Below, piece after piece: positions 41,571 through 50,447 of a stretch of 64,000 nt of DNA. Position 1 is the first letter of the stretch. Every line of letters starts with the position of its first letter. Source of the stretch: an uncultured Gammaproteobacteria bacterium (GTDB taxonomy: Bacteria > Patescibacteriota > Microgenomatia > CAYQLK01); NCBI GenBank assembly GCA_964404855.1, contig CAYOLO010000002.1, forward strand, positions 131,494 to 195,493, read 5' to 3'. The translations under genes and the position numbers were made by a program. Below the pieces are notes generated by a model. That model did not search any database and was not told the origin of the DNA. It saw nothing but the letters and a program-made list of their open reading frames with translations.

Positions 41571-41640
41571 TGTCTTTCTCCATTTTTAGGGTGCGACTTT
41601 TACGACTGTGGTTTTGCAACCACAGGTCGAAAGTGCGATA

Positions 41641-41682
41641 TTTATATCATTTTTGAAGCTAAATGTCAAATACTAGAGGATA
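41641..41682 (-). promoter_or_regulatory. cassette promoter module TAGTAT-TTGACA-N17-TATAAA
   Basis: Near-consensus sigma70 boxes; related modules at 43888-43934, 62533-62574, 62913-62960. Confidence 0.75.
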
Positions 41683-41708
41683 CTTTTCTTTTTAAGAAAC
41701 GAGGTTTT

Positions 41709-41832
41709 TCAATTACTTTAATTAGCACATCAAAAATCCCCGCGTGATTTTTGATTCTCACTTTTTGTTCACTCTTTTGCTTGTGCAAAAACCATGCTCG
41801 TTCACAAAAAGAGGTCTAATTAAAGTAATTGA
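41709..41832. repeat. structured inter-cassette repeat, copy 1
   Basis: 17-bp perfect terminal inverted repeat tcaattactttaattag/ctaattaaagtaattga enclosing three further stems; homologous to 42577-42704 and 43978-44104. Confidence 0.88.
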
Positions 41833-41855
41833 GGGATTAAATGACAAAAAAAAAG

Positions 41856-41879
41856 AGCCCTCCTTTTTAGGGGAGGGCT
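41856..41879 (-). terminator. shared cassette terminator type A
   Basis: agccctcctttttaggggagggct, identical at 42742-42765 and 62649-62672, near-identical at 61971-61993; T-tract on the minus strand. Confidence 0.85.
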
Positions 41880-41896
41880 TGAGGAAAGGACGAGGA

Positions 41897-42415
41897 CTAC
41901 CACGTTGTGAGGGGTGTTCGCCCCGCAGACGCGGCTTGCTCGAATTGCTTTAACGCAAAGCTTTCGTCCGCTTCGGAATCGAAGAAGACTTTGAATTGCT
42001 GGGTTGGAACGTCGAAGTGAACAACCACAAGGCGCGCTTCGGTTTGGGTAAAGCCGCCAACGGCACCTTCGAGCGCATAGTCGACGACTGATCCCAGATT
42101 GAAGGACGCGTAAAGACAGATTGGCCGACTACCGTGTTTGTTAACGTAGTCGACGGCCGCGCCTAGAGCGTGTATATAAGCCTGCTCTGGCCTAAGGATG
42201 TTGATGTCCTCGTAGCGCATAAGTGGCGTACAGTTCTCGACGAGCGTCAGATCGCCGCGATTACTGAACAGCGTGAGATGACGCATACCTTGCGGCAAGA
42301 TGTCGAGGAGGCTGGGTGCTGGCTGGGTCGCATGTGATCCTGTCTTTTTAAGGAACAGAAAAACTGTCACAACAGCTACGACTACCAGACTGGTTACGAC
42401 AAGCGAGATGAACAA
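41897..42415 (-). CDS. GC-rich membrane-anchored hypothetical protein (cassette 2)
   Basis: TTG start with AAGGAG SD, N-terminal TM, promoter TTTACT-N17-TATAAT at 42483-42511. Confidence 0.75.
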   Translation of the reverse strand: MFISLVVTSLVVVAVVTVFLFLKKTGSHATQPAPSLLDILPQGMRHLTLFSNRGDLTLVENCTPLMRYEDINILRPEQAYIHALGAAVDYVNKHGSRPICLYASFNLGSVVDYALEGAVGGFTQTEARLVVVHFDVPTQQFKVFFDSEADESFALKQFEQAASAGRTPLTTW

Positions 42416-42576
42416 AGCTTATGGGGCTCCTTTTAGCTAAATGTGCTTCTGAGTGAGTTTTTACACTTACCCAATTGTTGTAATTATATCATATTTTGAG
42501 CCTATAGTAAAGAATCTGGTGAAATCTAATTTTAATATTACACAGTAGGGTTTTCTACTTTGTAGAAACAGTTTTT

Positions 42577-42704
42577 TCAATCCCCTTTCTTGGCACGTTC
42601 AAAATCCCTGCGAGATTTTTCTCTTTCACTTTTTGCTCGCTCTTTTGTCTTACAGACAAAAACCATGCCCACTACGCAAAAAGAGATCCAAGAATGAGAA
42701 TTGA
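42577..42704. repeat. structured inter-cassette repeat, copy 2
   Basis: Same stems and conserved aaaatccc, tcactttttg, aaaaccatgc, caaaaagag blocks. Confidence 0.88.
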
Positions 42705-42797
42705 GAGATATGAATTATGAAAATGAAGTCAAGCAAGAAGAAGCCCTCCTTTTTAGGGGAGGGCTATGGGCGGATTGGTTTGTGAAGCGAACCGAGA

Positions 42798-43817
42798 CTA
42801 GTTGTCACGATCCCAATTGTGTTCGGTCTCGATCCGGCGAATAGTGCCGGTGAGGCCTCGCATCACGACTGAGTGACTGACCGTCACTCCGTGCGCCAGA
42901 GGCTGGATGCCTTGAAGCATGGTACCGTTGGTCACGCCTGTGGCCGCGAAATATGTATCCTGACTGGACACGAGATCGTCAAGGTTCATGACCCTGTTGG
43001 GGTCAATCCCCTTTTCGAGAATGGCACGCCGTTCTTCATCGCGAGAGATGAATGGCCGGCACTGCATGTCGCCGCGGAGAGCGATGATACCGCAGGCAGC
43101 CGTGACAGCCTCAGGCGACCCACCGCTGCCAAGCAGCATGTGAGCACCTGTGCCTGGCATGCAGGCAACCAGAGCGCCGGCAATGTCGCCGTCGCCAATG
43201 AGGTTGATGCGTGCACCCGCTGCCCGAACAGCTTTGATGATTTCGTTGTTGCGATCCCTTTTGAGGATGGTGACAACGACGCTGTTGACGGGAATGTCGA
43301 GAGCCTTGGCAACCTGCTCGATGTTCCAAGCGACCGGAGCGGTGATGTCGATTTTGCCCTTGGCTTCCTTGCCCACGACAATCTTGTCGAGGTAAAAGAA
43401 GTCACGGACGTCGATCATGGTCCCGCCTGGTGCGGCGGCGATAACAGCGATGGAACCTTCTCGCCCTTCGGAGAGAATGGTCGTCCCGTCGACTGGGTCG
43501 ACAGCAACATCCATCTTGGGTCCATTGCCGTTGCCGACCACTTGGCCGTTGAACAGCATCGGAGCTTCGTCTTTTTCGCCTTCGCCGATTCTGACGATAC
43601 CGTCCATGTCGACCGTGGCAAGCATGGCGTTCATGGCGTCGACGGCGGCTTGGTCGGCACCAATCTTGTCACCAAGACCGAACCAACGGACGGCACCGAG
43701 AGCGGCAGCTTCGGAAACCCGAATGAGCTCCATCCCGATATTGCGATCGGGCGTGGGAGTGTAGTTCCTGACCTTGAGTGGTCCGGAAGGGATGACGAGG
43801 GTTTGTGCCGATGTAAT
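42798..43817 (-). CDS. glpX: class II fructose-1,6-bisphosphatase (cassette 3)
   Basis: PDRNIGMELIRVSEAAA, GEGEKDEAPML, DPVDGT, DGD, FAATGVT; true start uncertain (ATT 43817 with SD, or ATG 43733). Confidence 0.93.
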   Translation of the reverse strand: MTSAQTLVIPSGPLKVRNYTPTPDRNIGMELIRVSEAAALGAVRWFGLGDKIGADQAAVDAMNAMLATVDMDGIVRIGEGEKDEAPMLFNGQVVGNGNGPKMDVAVDPVDGTTILSEGREGSIAVIAAAPGGTMIDVRDFFYLDKIVVGKEAKGKIDITAPVAWNIEQVAKALDIPVNSVVVTILKRDRNNEIIKAVRAAGARINLIGDGDIAGALVACMPGTGAHMLLGSGGSPEAVTAACGIIALRGDMQCRPFISRDEERRAILEKGIDPNRVMNLDDLVSSQDTYFAATGVTNGTMLQGIQPLAHGVTVSHSVVMRGLTGTIRRIETEHNWDRDN

Positions 43818-43977
43818 GGGTTTGGTTCTCCTTCTCCAAATAAATGAGCTGTAACGGACGTCCGTAACGGTTGTCCAAAACGGCGAAATCTTACCACTTT
43901 TGAAGCTGTATGTCAAATACTACGGGCCTAAATAATAGTTATTTTGGAAAATATTAGTTTTTAATTACAAATTGTTT

Positions 43978-44104
43978 TCAATCCACTTTCTTGGCACACC
44001 AAAAATCCCAGCGTGATTTTTGTTTTTCACTTTTTGTTTGTTCTTTTGCTTGTTAAGCAAAAACCATGCCCACTCACAAAAAGAGATCCAAGAAAGTAAA
44101 TTGA
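43978..44104. repeat. structured inter-cassette repeat, copy 3
   Basis: Terminal IR tcaatccactttcttgg/ccaagaaagtaaattga and the same internal stems. Confidence 0.88.
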
Positions 44105-44154
44105 GGGATAGTGAAAAAACAGATAGGAAGTTTGGAGTATTAAAGACAAGAAAA

Positions 44155-44178
44155 AGCCCTCGGGGTGAGCCGAGGGCT
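44155..44178 (-). terminator. shared cassette terminator type B
   Basis: agccctcggggtgagccgagggct; variants at 50396-50419 and 61796-61819. Confidence 0.8.
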
Positions 44179-44203
44179 GGGGGGTGAACTTGGGAGGTGT
44201 TGG

Positions 44204-44716
44204 CTAGGCCAACGCGAGACTGGCGCGACGCATCAGCGAGACGACGTCGCCGCCTTGGGGCATGCCTTCTTCGAAGCGCTCGATGGCGTCGCAGTAGGGT
44301 TTGTCGGCGAGATACTCGTCGGTATGGATCCGCATCAAAAACGGAACGATTTCCGTGATGGCGGAGCTGTTGCCGTGGACTACTTCGCCTCCCCGCTTGT
44401 GGCGGAAGAAGAACGAATAACCAATGGTCAGCTCGGTTTCGAGCAGCCACTCGTCGGTCTCGAGGTCGGAAACGTGGAGCCTGCCGGTCTTGACGGACTC
44501 ATTACGGTTAATGAGCACGCCGTTCTCGGTCAGGAGATACATGTTGCCGCTTCGGCTGGTAAGCAGAACGGCGTTGAACTTGTCCCCACCGAGGAGCATT
44601 GCACCTTCACTGAACATGTCGCTCAGCCTGAAGACCCTGTCCGAATTGGCTCGGTCGATCCGATGGGCAAGGTGGTTACCCTTAACCTGGACCAGAATTG
44701 CTTCGGCGCTAGCCAA
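44204..44716 (-). CDS. GC-rich hypothetical protein (cassette 4)
   Basis: TTG start with GAGGTG SD, promoter TTGAAA-N17-TATAAT at 44752-44780. Confidence 0.72.
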   Translation of the reverse strand: MASAEAILVQVKGNHLAHRIDRANSDRVFRLSDMFSEGAMLLGGDKFNAVLLTSRSGNMYLLTENGVLINRNESVKTGRLHVSDLETDEWLLETELTIGYSFFFRHKRGGEVVHGNSSAITEIVPFLMRIHTDEYLADKPYCDAIERFEEGMPQGGDVVSLMRRASLALA

Positions 44717-44804
44717 AGTGTCTACACCTCTTTCTTAATGTTCTAAGGTATATTATACCATATTATAGGCTTATTTTCAATTCTGATTAAATGAAAATGG
44801 TCAC

Positions 44805-44835
44805 AAAAAACCCGCCTCACAGGACGGGTCTTTTG
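44805..44835 (-). terminator. tuf terminator
   Basis: acccg...cgggt hairpin flanked by A and T tracts. Confidence 0.65.
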
Positions 44836-44877
44836 TTTAAGTTGTTGCTTATATTAAGCGATTACTTAGTTATAGAT

Positions 44878-44940
44878 GCTCGCCAAAATTCGTTTAATTT
44901 CTGCCGCTGGCAAAATTGCACTCAGTTTTGGCTACGCTCT
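44878..44940. repeat. small hairpin element homologous to 2696-2760
   Basis: ctcg-stem-aattt-tgcc...aaatt-stem-ctacg organisation shared with the element upstream of rnpB. Confidence 0.65.
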
Positions 44941-44958
44941 TTCACAAAGCTACTTGCC

Positions 44959-46140
44959 TTAGGCAATTACCTTTGTGATGACTCCAGCACCTACGGTGTG
45001 GCCACCTTCGCGGATAGCAAAACGTAGACCTTCTTCCATAGCGACAGGTACGATGAGTTTGATTGTCATCTTGACTGTGTCACCAGGCATAACCATTTCG
45101 GTTCCTTCTGGAAGTTTAGCTTCACCAGTTACGTCAGTTGTACGGACGTAGAACTGTGGGCGGTATCCAGAGAAGAATGGAGTGTGGCGTCCACCTTCTT
45201 CTTTGGTGAGGATATAAACCTCAGCTTCGAATTCGGTGTGAGGGGTGGAAGTTCCTGGTTTAGTAAGAACTTGTCCACGCTCGACGTCGTCTTTTTCAAC
45301 TCCACGAAGTAGAACTCCAACGTTGTCTCCAGCTTGACCTTCGTCTAGCTGTTTGTTGAACATTTCGACTCCTGTGACGGTAGATTTCTTGATCGGGTTG
45401 ATACCAACGATTTCGATTTCTTCACCGACTTTGACAACTCCTCTTTCGATACGTCCTGTAACAACAGTTCCACGACCTTTAATCGAGAAAACGTCTTCGA
45501 CAGGCATCAAAAATGGCTTGTCAGTGTCGCGTTCAGGTGTTGGAACGAATTCGTCAACAGCTTTAAGCAATTCTTCGATACTCTTAACCCCTTCAGCGTC
45601 TCCTTCGAGAGCTTTGAGTGCAGAACCGCGAATAATCGGGGTTGTGTCTCCAGGGTATTGATACTTGGTCAAAAGTTCACGAATTTCCATCTCGACTAGA
45701 TCAAGAAGTTCTGGATCTTGAACCATATCAACCTTGTTCATAAAAACAACGATTGAAGGTACACCAACTTGACGTGCTAGCAAAATATGCTCGCGAGTCT
45801 GTGGCATTGGACCATCTGGAGCGGAAACAACAAGAATAGCACCGTCCATTTGAGCGGCACCGGTAATCATGTTCTTGATGTAGTCAGCGTGACCAGGGGC
45901 ATCAATGTGTGCGTAGTGTCTAGCTTCTGTCTCGTACTCAACGTGAGCGATAGAAATAGTAATACCACGCTGTCTTTCTTCAGGTGCCTTGTCGATTTGA
46001 TCGAAGGCTTTGAAGTTTGCCATTCCTTTGTCGGATTGGACTTTTGTAATAGCAGCAGTTGTAGTTGTTTTACCGTGGTCGACGTGACCGATGGTACCAA
46101 CGTTAACGTGCGGCTTGGTTCTTTCGAATTTGTCAGCCAT
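44959..46140 (-). CDS. tuf: elongation factor Tu
   Basis: [28 protein letters not shown]. Confidence 0.99.
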   Translation of the reverse strand: MADKFERTKPHVNVGTIGHVDHGKTTTTAAITKVQSDKGMANFKAFDQIDKAPEERQRGITISIAHVEYETEARHYAHIDAPGHADYIKNMITGAAQMDGAILVVSAPDGPMPQTREHILLARQVGVPSIVVFMNKVDMVQDPELLDLVEMEIRELLTKYQYPGDTTPIIRGSALKALEGDAEGVKSIEELLKAVDEFVPTPERDTDKPFLMPVEDVFSIKGRGTVVTGRIERGVVKVGEEIEIVGINPIKKSTVTGVEMFNKQLDEGQAGDNVGVLLRGVEKDDVERGQVLTKPGTSTPHTEFEAEVYILTKEEGGRHTPFFSGYRPQFYVRTTDVTGEAKLPEGTEMVMPGDTVKMTIKLIVPVAMEEGLRFAIREGGHTVGAGVITKVIA

Positions 46141-46270
46141 TTTTGGTTTTTCTCCTTAAATTAAACTTATATAAATAAGCCAAAAAAGCTCCTTTGCAAT
46201 TGAAGCTTTTTTTGGGCTTGTGTATTATTCAAATTACTACACGGTTTGTCAATATATAAAGTCTCTATGG

Positions 46271-47077
46271 CTAGTTGGCTAAACATTTGCCGGCGGAGTA
46301 GATTCGGGAGAAAATATTGTTCGATATCAAAAAATGATCCAATTTTGCCATAAGCAGGTTTTGCTTAGCCTCGTCTTGAGATTTGCAGCTTAGAATAAAT
46401 TGTTCAACAAAATAAACAATCGTGAGCAGTTTGGTGAGATTGGAATTAATGAATACCCCATTTTGGGTTAGTTTTTGAACAATCAGATCAAAATCCAGTG
46501 AAAAACCATCCGCAAAAAGTAGTGAATTACAAAACTCATATTCGAGAGGTCCAAATTGGAAGTGTTCAAAATCAATTATTTTAACCCCTGAATCGGTAAT
46601 GATCAGGTTGCCAATATGTAGATCTCGGTGCAGTGGTTGTGAAGGGAAATTGTCCCAGTCTACTCTGTTTATATAATCGATAATTTGGGTTATTTTCCCC
46701 GTTCGATCAGACCCGAGTTTTTGCCGTAAGACACGGATATTTGACTGAAATTGGCTCTTATTTGCTTGCAGATAATTGATCCATTCTGTGTTACCGGATA
46801 ATTGAGTCTTGTTGAGCTTAGTAATAATATCTGAAAGCTGGTCGCATATTAGCGGTTTGTTTATCTGGTCATTACTCTTTAGTTTGTCAAAAATCGTCAA
46901 ACGACCCAGACGAAAAACAATTTTCGGCGCACTACCCGGACTATTGAAATAGAAAGTATTGATTCCTAATTCCTCTCTTCTGGCTAGTTCGGCGGATGTG
47001 TAGAACTTGAGAATGAATTTGTCCATTACATCAATCACGTTGTGTACTCCCCTTCCGGTTTGGATTAATTTGATCAT
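46271..47077 (-). CDS. APH/choline-kinase-like phosphotransferase
   Basis: LHRDLHIGNL and IIDFE kinase motifs. Confidence 0.8.
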   Translation of the reverse strand: MIKLIQTGRGVHNVIDVMDKFILKFYTSAELARREELGINTFYFNSPGSAPKIVFRLGRLTIFDKLKSNDQINKPLICDQLSDIITKLNKTQLSGNTEWINYLQANKSQFQSNIRVLRQKLGSDRTGKITQIIDYINRVDWDNFPSQPLHRDLHIGNLIITDSGVKIIDFEHFQFGPLEYEFCNSLLFADGFSLDFDLIVQKLTQNGVFINSNLTKLLTIVYFVEQFILSCKSQDEAKQNLLMAKLDHFLISNNIFSRIYSAGKCLAN

Positions 47078-47084
47078 TGATGTG

Positions 47085-47804
47085 TTAAATTTTTAAGTCG
47101 AAGAGTACACTTGGGAATTTTGGATTGAGTGTAAAAGCTTCGGCATATTCATTCTCTTTGCTGCGCCTAAGATGATAACCGCGGACACACGAAAGTGACT
47201 TCTCGAATACAGTTGATTTTGAATCAGCCTGAGACTCGTAAATACCGAATAGCTGCATCTTCTGATCAATATAATCAGTGATATCGACCAAAACCTGCGG
47301 CACTATCGGCAACATACCTTCACCATACAGAACGATAGGTGTGCGGTGAGGATCACCTAGTTCTGGTTTGACTCCGGTAGCGGACCAAAAGGAAGCCTCT
47401 TCGACGACATGAGCCGCTTCTCGGTGGTCAGAGTGGTAGTCAAGCGGATTCATAGTAAAAATCACTTCCGGCCTAACTTGTCTAATTATTTTGACTACTT
47501 TGAACATTAGTTTTTTGGAAAACTGAAGATTGAGGTCTTCTTCGGCAAGTAGGAATTTTTGTTTTAGACCCAAAAATTCAGTCGCTTTGTCAAATTCTCC
47601 CTCGCGCAAGTTAATAACCGTATTTTTCGCACTCTTTGATCCGTTTCGTCTATCTCTGCCCTCTTGAGAGTTAGTCAGCAGTATTTCGTAGGCATTGAAT
47701 CCTTGATTTTGGAGCTTGAATACACTGCCGGCACAGGTAATGTGATCGTCGGCGTGAGCTGAAACGATAAGTATATTTTTGGTACTAATGGGTTTTTTGG
47801 ACAT
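47085..47804 (-). CDS. PIG-L family N-acetylglucosaminyl deacetylase
   Basis: SAHADD, REGE, HSDH motifs, C-terminal YAEAF. Confidence 0.88.
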   Translation of the reverse strand: MSKKPISTKNILIVSAHADDHITCAGSVFKLQNQGFNAYEILLTNSQEGRDRRNGSKSAKNTVINLREGEFDKATEFLGLKQKFLLAEEDLNLQFSKKLMFKVVKIIRQVRPEVIFTMNPLDYHSDHREAAHVVEEASFWSATGVKPELGDPHRTPIVLYGEGMLPIVPQVLVDITDYIDQKMQLFGIYESQADSKSTVFEKSLSCVRGYHLRRSKENEYAEAFTLNPKFPSVLFDLKI

Positions 47805-47815
47805 GTTCCTCCTTT

Positions 47816-49822
47816 TTATTTGGTAATAATTTGACTTGTAATTAGCTGGCGCTTGCTGCCGCCACCACTGGATGCTTCCAGTGAAGTGGTTACCCGATAC
47901 GCCGAGTGAGACTGTCCTTGGAAATAGTAGACGTATGGCTCTACCTCAACCACAGCCTTCTGTTTGCCGCCTTGAAAATCTGCATCCCTAAGCTCAAAAG
48001 CATTCTTAACGATACTGATCAGCTCTGGGTGGGCTAAATAAAAACCAATATCCAAACCATCACCGGTGGATGCAACTGAACCGCCAGGAACTACCCTGAC
48101 AACGGGCGAGACAAGAGCTTTGGTATTGGTACCAACGGATAACGGCGCAACGTAGTTACTGCCTAGTGAAGTGTTTTTGTGTGCAACAACTATTGGAGTG
48201 TCGAAGTGGTGTTCGAGCTGCTGAAGAAGAAGTGCCCAGCCATTACCGCCGAGTGTCAGCCCTTGTTCTTTGAGATCAGCTAGGAGTATATCCCCTTCAA
48301 GATCGAAGTGATTAATGTCTGGCTCGGACTCTTCGATAGGCCTAATTAGCTTGCGTGTCGCAATGTCCCACGGCCCGTTACCAAAAACTCCCCGTGCAAA
48401 ACCACTTTTTGCGCTGTCATCGAAATATGTTTCTGCAAGTCTCTGATGGAACTGATCATAGTGATTTTTACTGGCTTCAGTTACTAAGGCACCAAAATCG
48501 GTAATATCTGAAAGCTTAGCTTGGGTTGCAGCAAAAAGTTCGCTACTTGGCGTGTGAAAGATACCCAGTCTCTGGCATAGTTGTTTATTGAGGGCGTCGT
48601 AAAGCTGGGCGAATGTTGATGGGTTTGATTTTGAAAGGGTTTTGAGTTTGATTAAATAATCAGAAAAATCGGCTGAGTCAAACATTCGGTCTAATTCATC
48701 TAGATCGATATCTGAATTACTGTCCAAATTTTGAAGTTTGGCTTTGGTGTCAGGCAACTGTTCAGGTGGCATAAGACCAGTCGAAACCAGCGAAGGTATT
48801 AATACTCGTTCCAAGTATGACTTCACGGAGTGAGAATCGGGGTCGGTATCATAAAACGATACCCTTGTTGAGACTGTTCCATCCGGGTTTTTAAAGCTGG
48901 CAGCGACAGACAACATAATCGCTTCTACCGGGTTGGCAAAATCAGTTGTGCCGTAGTTGAAAACCGAGTGTTCGTCTAATTGCGATTTTTCGGCTAGAGT
49001 TAAGACAATAGGATCACCTTCTCGGTGTCCCAGAGCGGTCGCGACTCCAAGCACTGAGGACGGCAAAACATTATCGGGAATGCCGAAAATCGAGGCAATT
49101 TTGGGTTTTGGGACAGAATTTGCCTGTGCAGAATTAACTTTGACCGTTTTGGGTAATGGTGGGTGGAATTTGTCGTTGACGATTTTTGTGCGCTCCAGGT
49201 CATCGACCTGGTCTGCCATTGTTTGTAATATCTCAATGGCTTGTTTTGGATCCATGCCAGTAATCCGCTGATTGAAAAAACGAGTATCGAATATATCCTC
49301 GCCGAAAAATTCGGCAAACATTACCCAAACCCCGCTAACTACTAATCGATTGTGAATTAAGTCGAGCGTTTGGTTGAACTGCGCGGTTTGAGATCGATCA
49401 ACAAATATTTGGGGGTTAAGTGAGATAGACTCAGATAAGTGAATTGCCGTCTTGGGTAATATCTGCTCATTGAGCACAACCTTATCAGGATGCTCTAGCC
49501 GCGCAATGGTTACCTGAACAAGGTGATCAAAATTCTTAACCATTTTGCGTAATTCCTGAACTCTTAGCTGATCTGAGGTTGAAACATCAACCTGATTAGC
49601 TTTGGCAAGGCCAGCAATTCTGGATAGTTCAGTCCCAGGAATGAAGTTGACCGTGAATTTGGCTTGATTTGGTTTTGGGTGCTTACTTGCTTCAAGGCTT
49701 ACAAAATGTGAAGCCGAGTTAAAAACCTGTGTAAGCTCAATCGGCGGGAGTTCTGAAATATCTTTTAGCGGGTTAGCAAGTTCAGGACTGGTATTTGGTA
49801 TGGTTGGTCTTTCTTTAGTCAT
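47816..49822 (-). CDS. large hypothetical protein (668 aa)
   Basis: Long open frame, first gene of a three-gene operon; no motif recognised. Confidence 0.8.
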   Translation of the reverse strand: MTKERPTIPNTSPELANPLKDISELPPIELTQVFNSASHFVSLEASKHPKPNQAKFTVNFIPGTELSRIAGLAKANQVDVSTSDQLRVQELRKMVKNFDHLVQVTIARLEHPDKVVLNEQILPKTAIHLSESISLNPQIFVDRSQTAQFNQTLDLIHNRLVVSGVWVMFAEFFGEDIFDTRFFNQRITGMDPKQAIEILQTMADQVDDLERTKIVNDKFHPPLPKTVKVNSAQANSVPKPKIASIFGIPDNVLPSSVLGVATALGHREGDPIVLTLAEKSQLDEHSVFNYGTTDFANPVEAIMLSVAASFKNPDGTVSTRVSFYDTDPDSHSVKSYLERVLIPSLVSTGLMPPEQLPDTKAKLQNLDSNSDIDLDELDRMFDSADFSDYLIKLKTLSKSNPSTFAQLYDALNKQLCQRLGIFHTPSSELFAATQAKLSDITDFGALVTEASKNHYDQFHQRLAETYFDDSAKSGFARGVFGNGPWDIATRKLIRPIEESEPDINHFDLEGDILLADLKEQGLTLGGNGWALLLQQLEHHFDTPIVVAHKNTSLGSNYVAPLSVGTNTKALVSPVVRVVPGGSVASTGDGLDIGFYLAHPELISIVKNAFELRDADFQGGKQKAVVEVEPYVYYFQGQSHSAYRVTTSLEASSGGGSKRQLITSQIITK

Positions 49823-49833
49823 ATTTTGGCTAT

Positions 49834-50033
49834 AAAAAAACCTCCCGGTGTGGGAGGTTGTTTGGCTTTTATTTAAAGCTGTGGCTCTTTAGATAAGAGA
49901 CCTCCCACATGAAGAAATGCGCAAAAAGCGCATCCAGGTCTGGTGGAGATAAATACAGTTAGAATTCAAATTTTGTACAGATAGAATATCCATAGTTGAA
50001 GTAGATAATACGATTGGGATAATGATTTGTCAA
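49834..50033 (-). promoter_or_regulatory. promoter plus transcription attenuator
   Basis: TTGACA-N17-TATTAT (50033-50005); terminator 49834-49859; 10-nt antiterminator complement at 49900-49909. Confidence 0.75.
49889..49993 (-). CDS. putative attenuator leader peptide (34 aa)
   Basis: MDILSVQNLNSNCIYLHQTWMRFLRISSCGRSLI*, starts just after the predicted TSS and overlaps the alternative helices. Confidence 0.6.
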   Translation of the reverse strand: MDILSVQNLNSNCIYLHQTWMRFLRISSCGRSLI

Positions 50034-50354
50034 TTAATTACTAAAGTCTGTTTGAGTGTCTTGACCATCTTGAATTAATTCCTGATATTTTTCTTGATTT
50101 TTCATTCTGGCCTCTTCAGCTCTTTCCAGCTGTGCCTGGGGATTAACAGAAACGAAAATGGCGGCGGCAAATATCAAAAACCAAATCAGAACAAAAAAGG
50201 CAAAAATTCCGGTAACGAGGAATTTGACCCATTTGGGCCAAGCGGTCCAAATCCACATCAGTACAAAACCTGCAGGAAAGGCAAAAACCAATAACAAAAC
50301 TGTTACAAGTGTTTTGGTGTCACTGGACATTCCTTCAGACTTAGTGTTTACCAT
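50034..50354 (-). CDS. small membrane protein
   Basis: Two TM segments, FPAG...W..W.K pattern. Confidence 0.7.
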   Translation of the reverse strand: MVNTKSEGMSSDTKTLVTVLLLVFAFPAGFVLMWIWTAWPKWVKFLVTGIFAFFVLIWFLIFAAAIFVSVNPQAQLERAEEARMKNQEKYQELIQDGQDTQTDFSN

Positions 50355-50447
50355 ATGTTTTCATTGTGACTATTTTGGATGATTTTTGCAAAAAAAGCCC
50401 CCGGGGGTTAGCCGAGGGCGAATAAAGGGTGGTGGCAAAAGCTGTGG

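Noticed and set aside
42873-43847. 324-aa plus-strand ORF and other long antisense ORFs in GC-rich genes (40941, 44165, 50469, 62044)
   Set aside because: Shadow frames of GC-rich minus-strand genes; promoters, SDs and terminators all point to the minus strand
43818-43916. ORF-track N-terminal extension of glpX
   Set aside because: Its TTG is the -35 box of the cassette promoter, upstream of the predicted TSS
41709-44104. Classical integron attC sites
   Set aside because: No RYYYAAC/GTTRRRY ends, branched rather than simple hairpin, no intI, and the cassettes have their own promoters and terminators
49834-49960. ykkC-family or glmS riboswitch
   Set aside because: Only short resemblances (AUAAAAGCC; CACCAGACCU); core motifs are absent and the leader-peptide model explains the layout better
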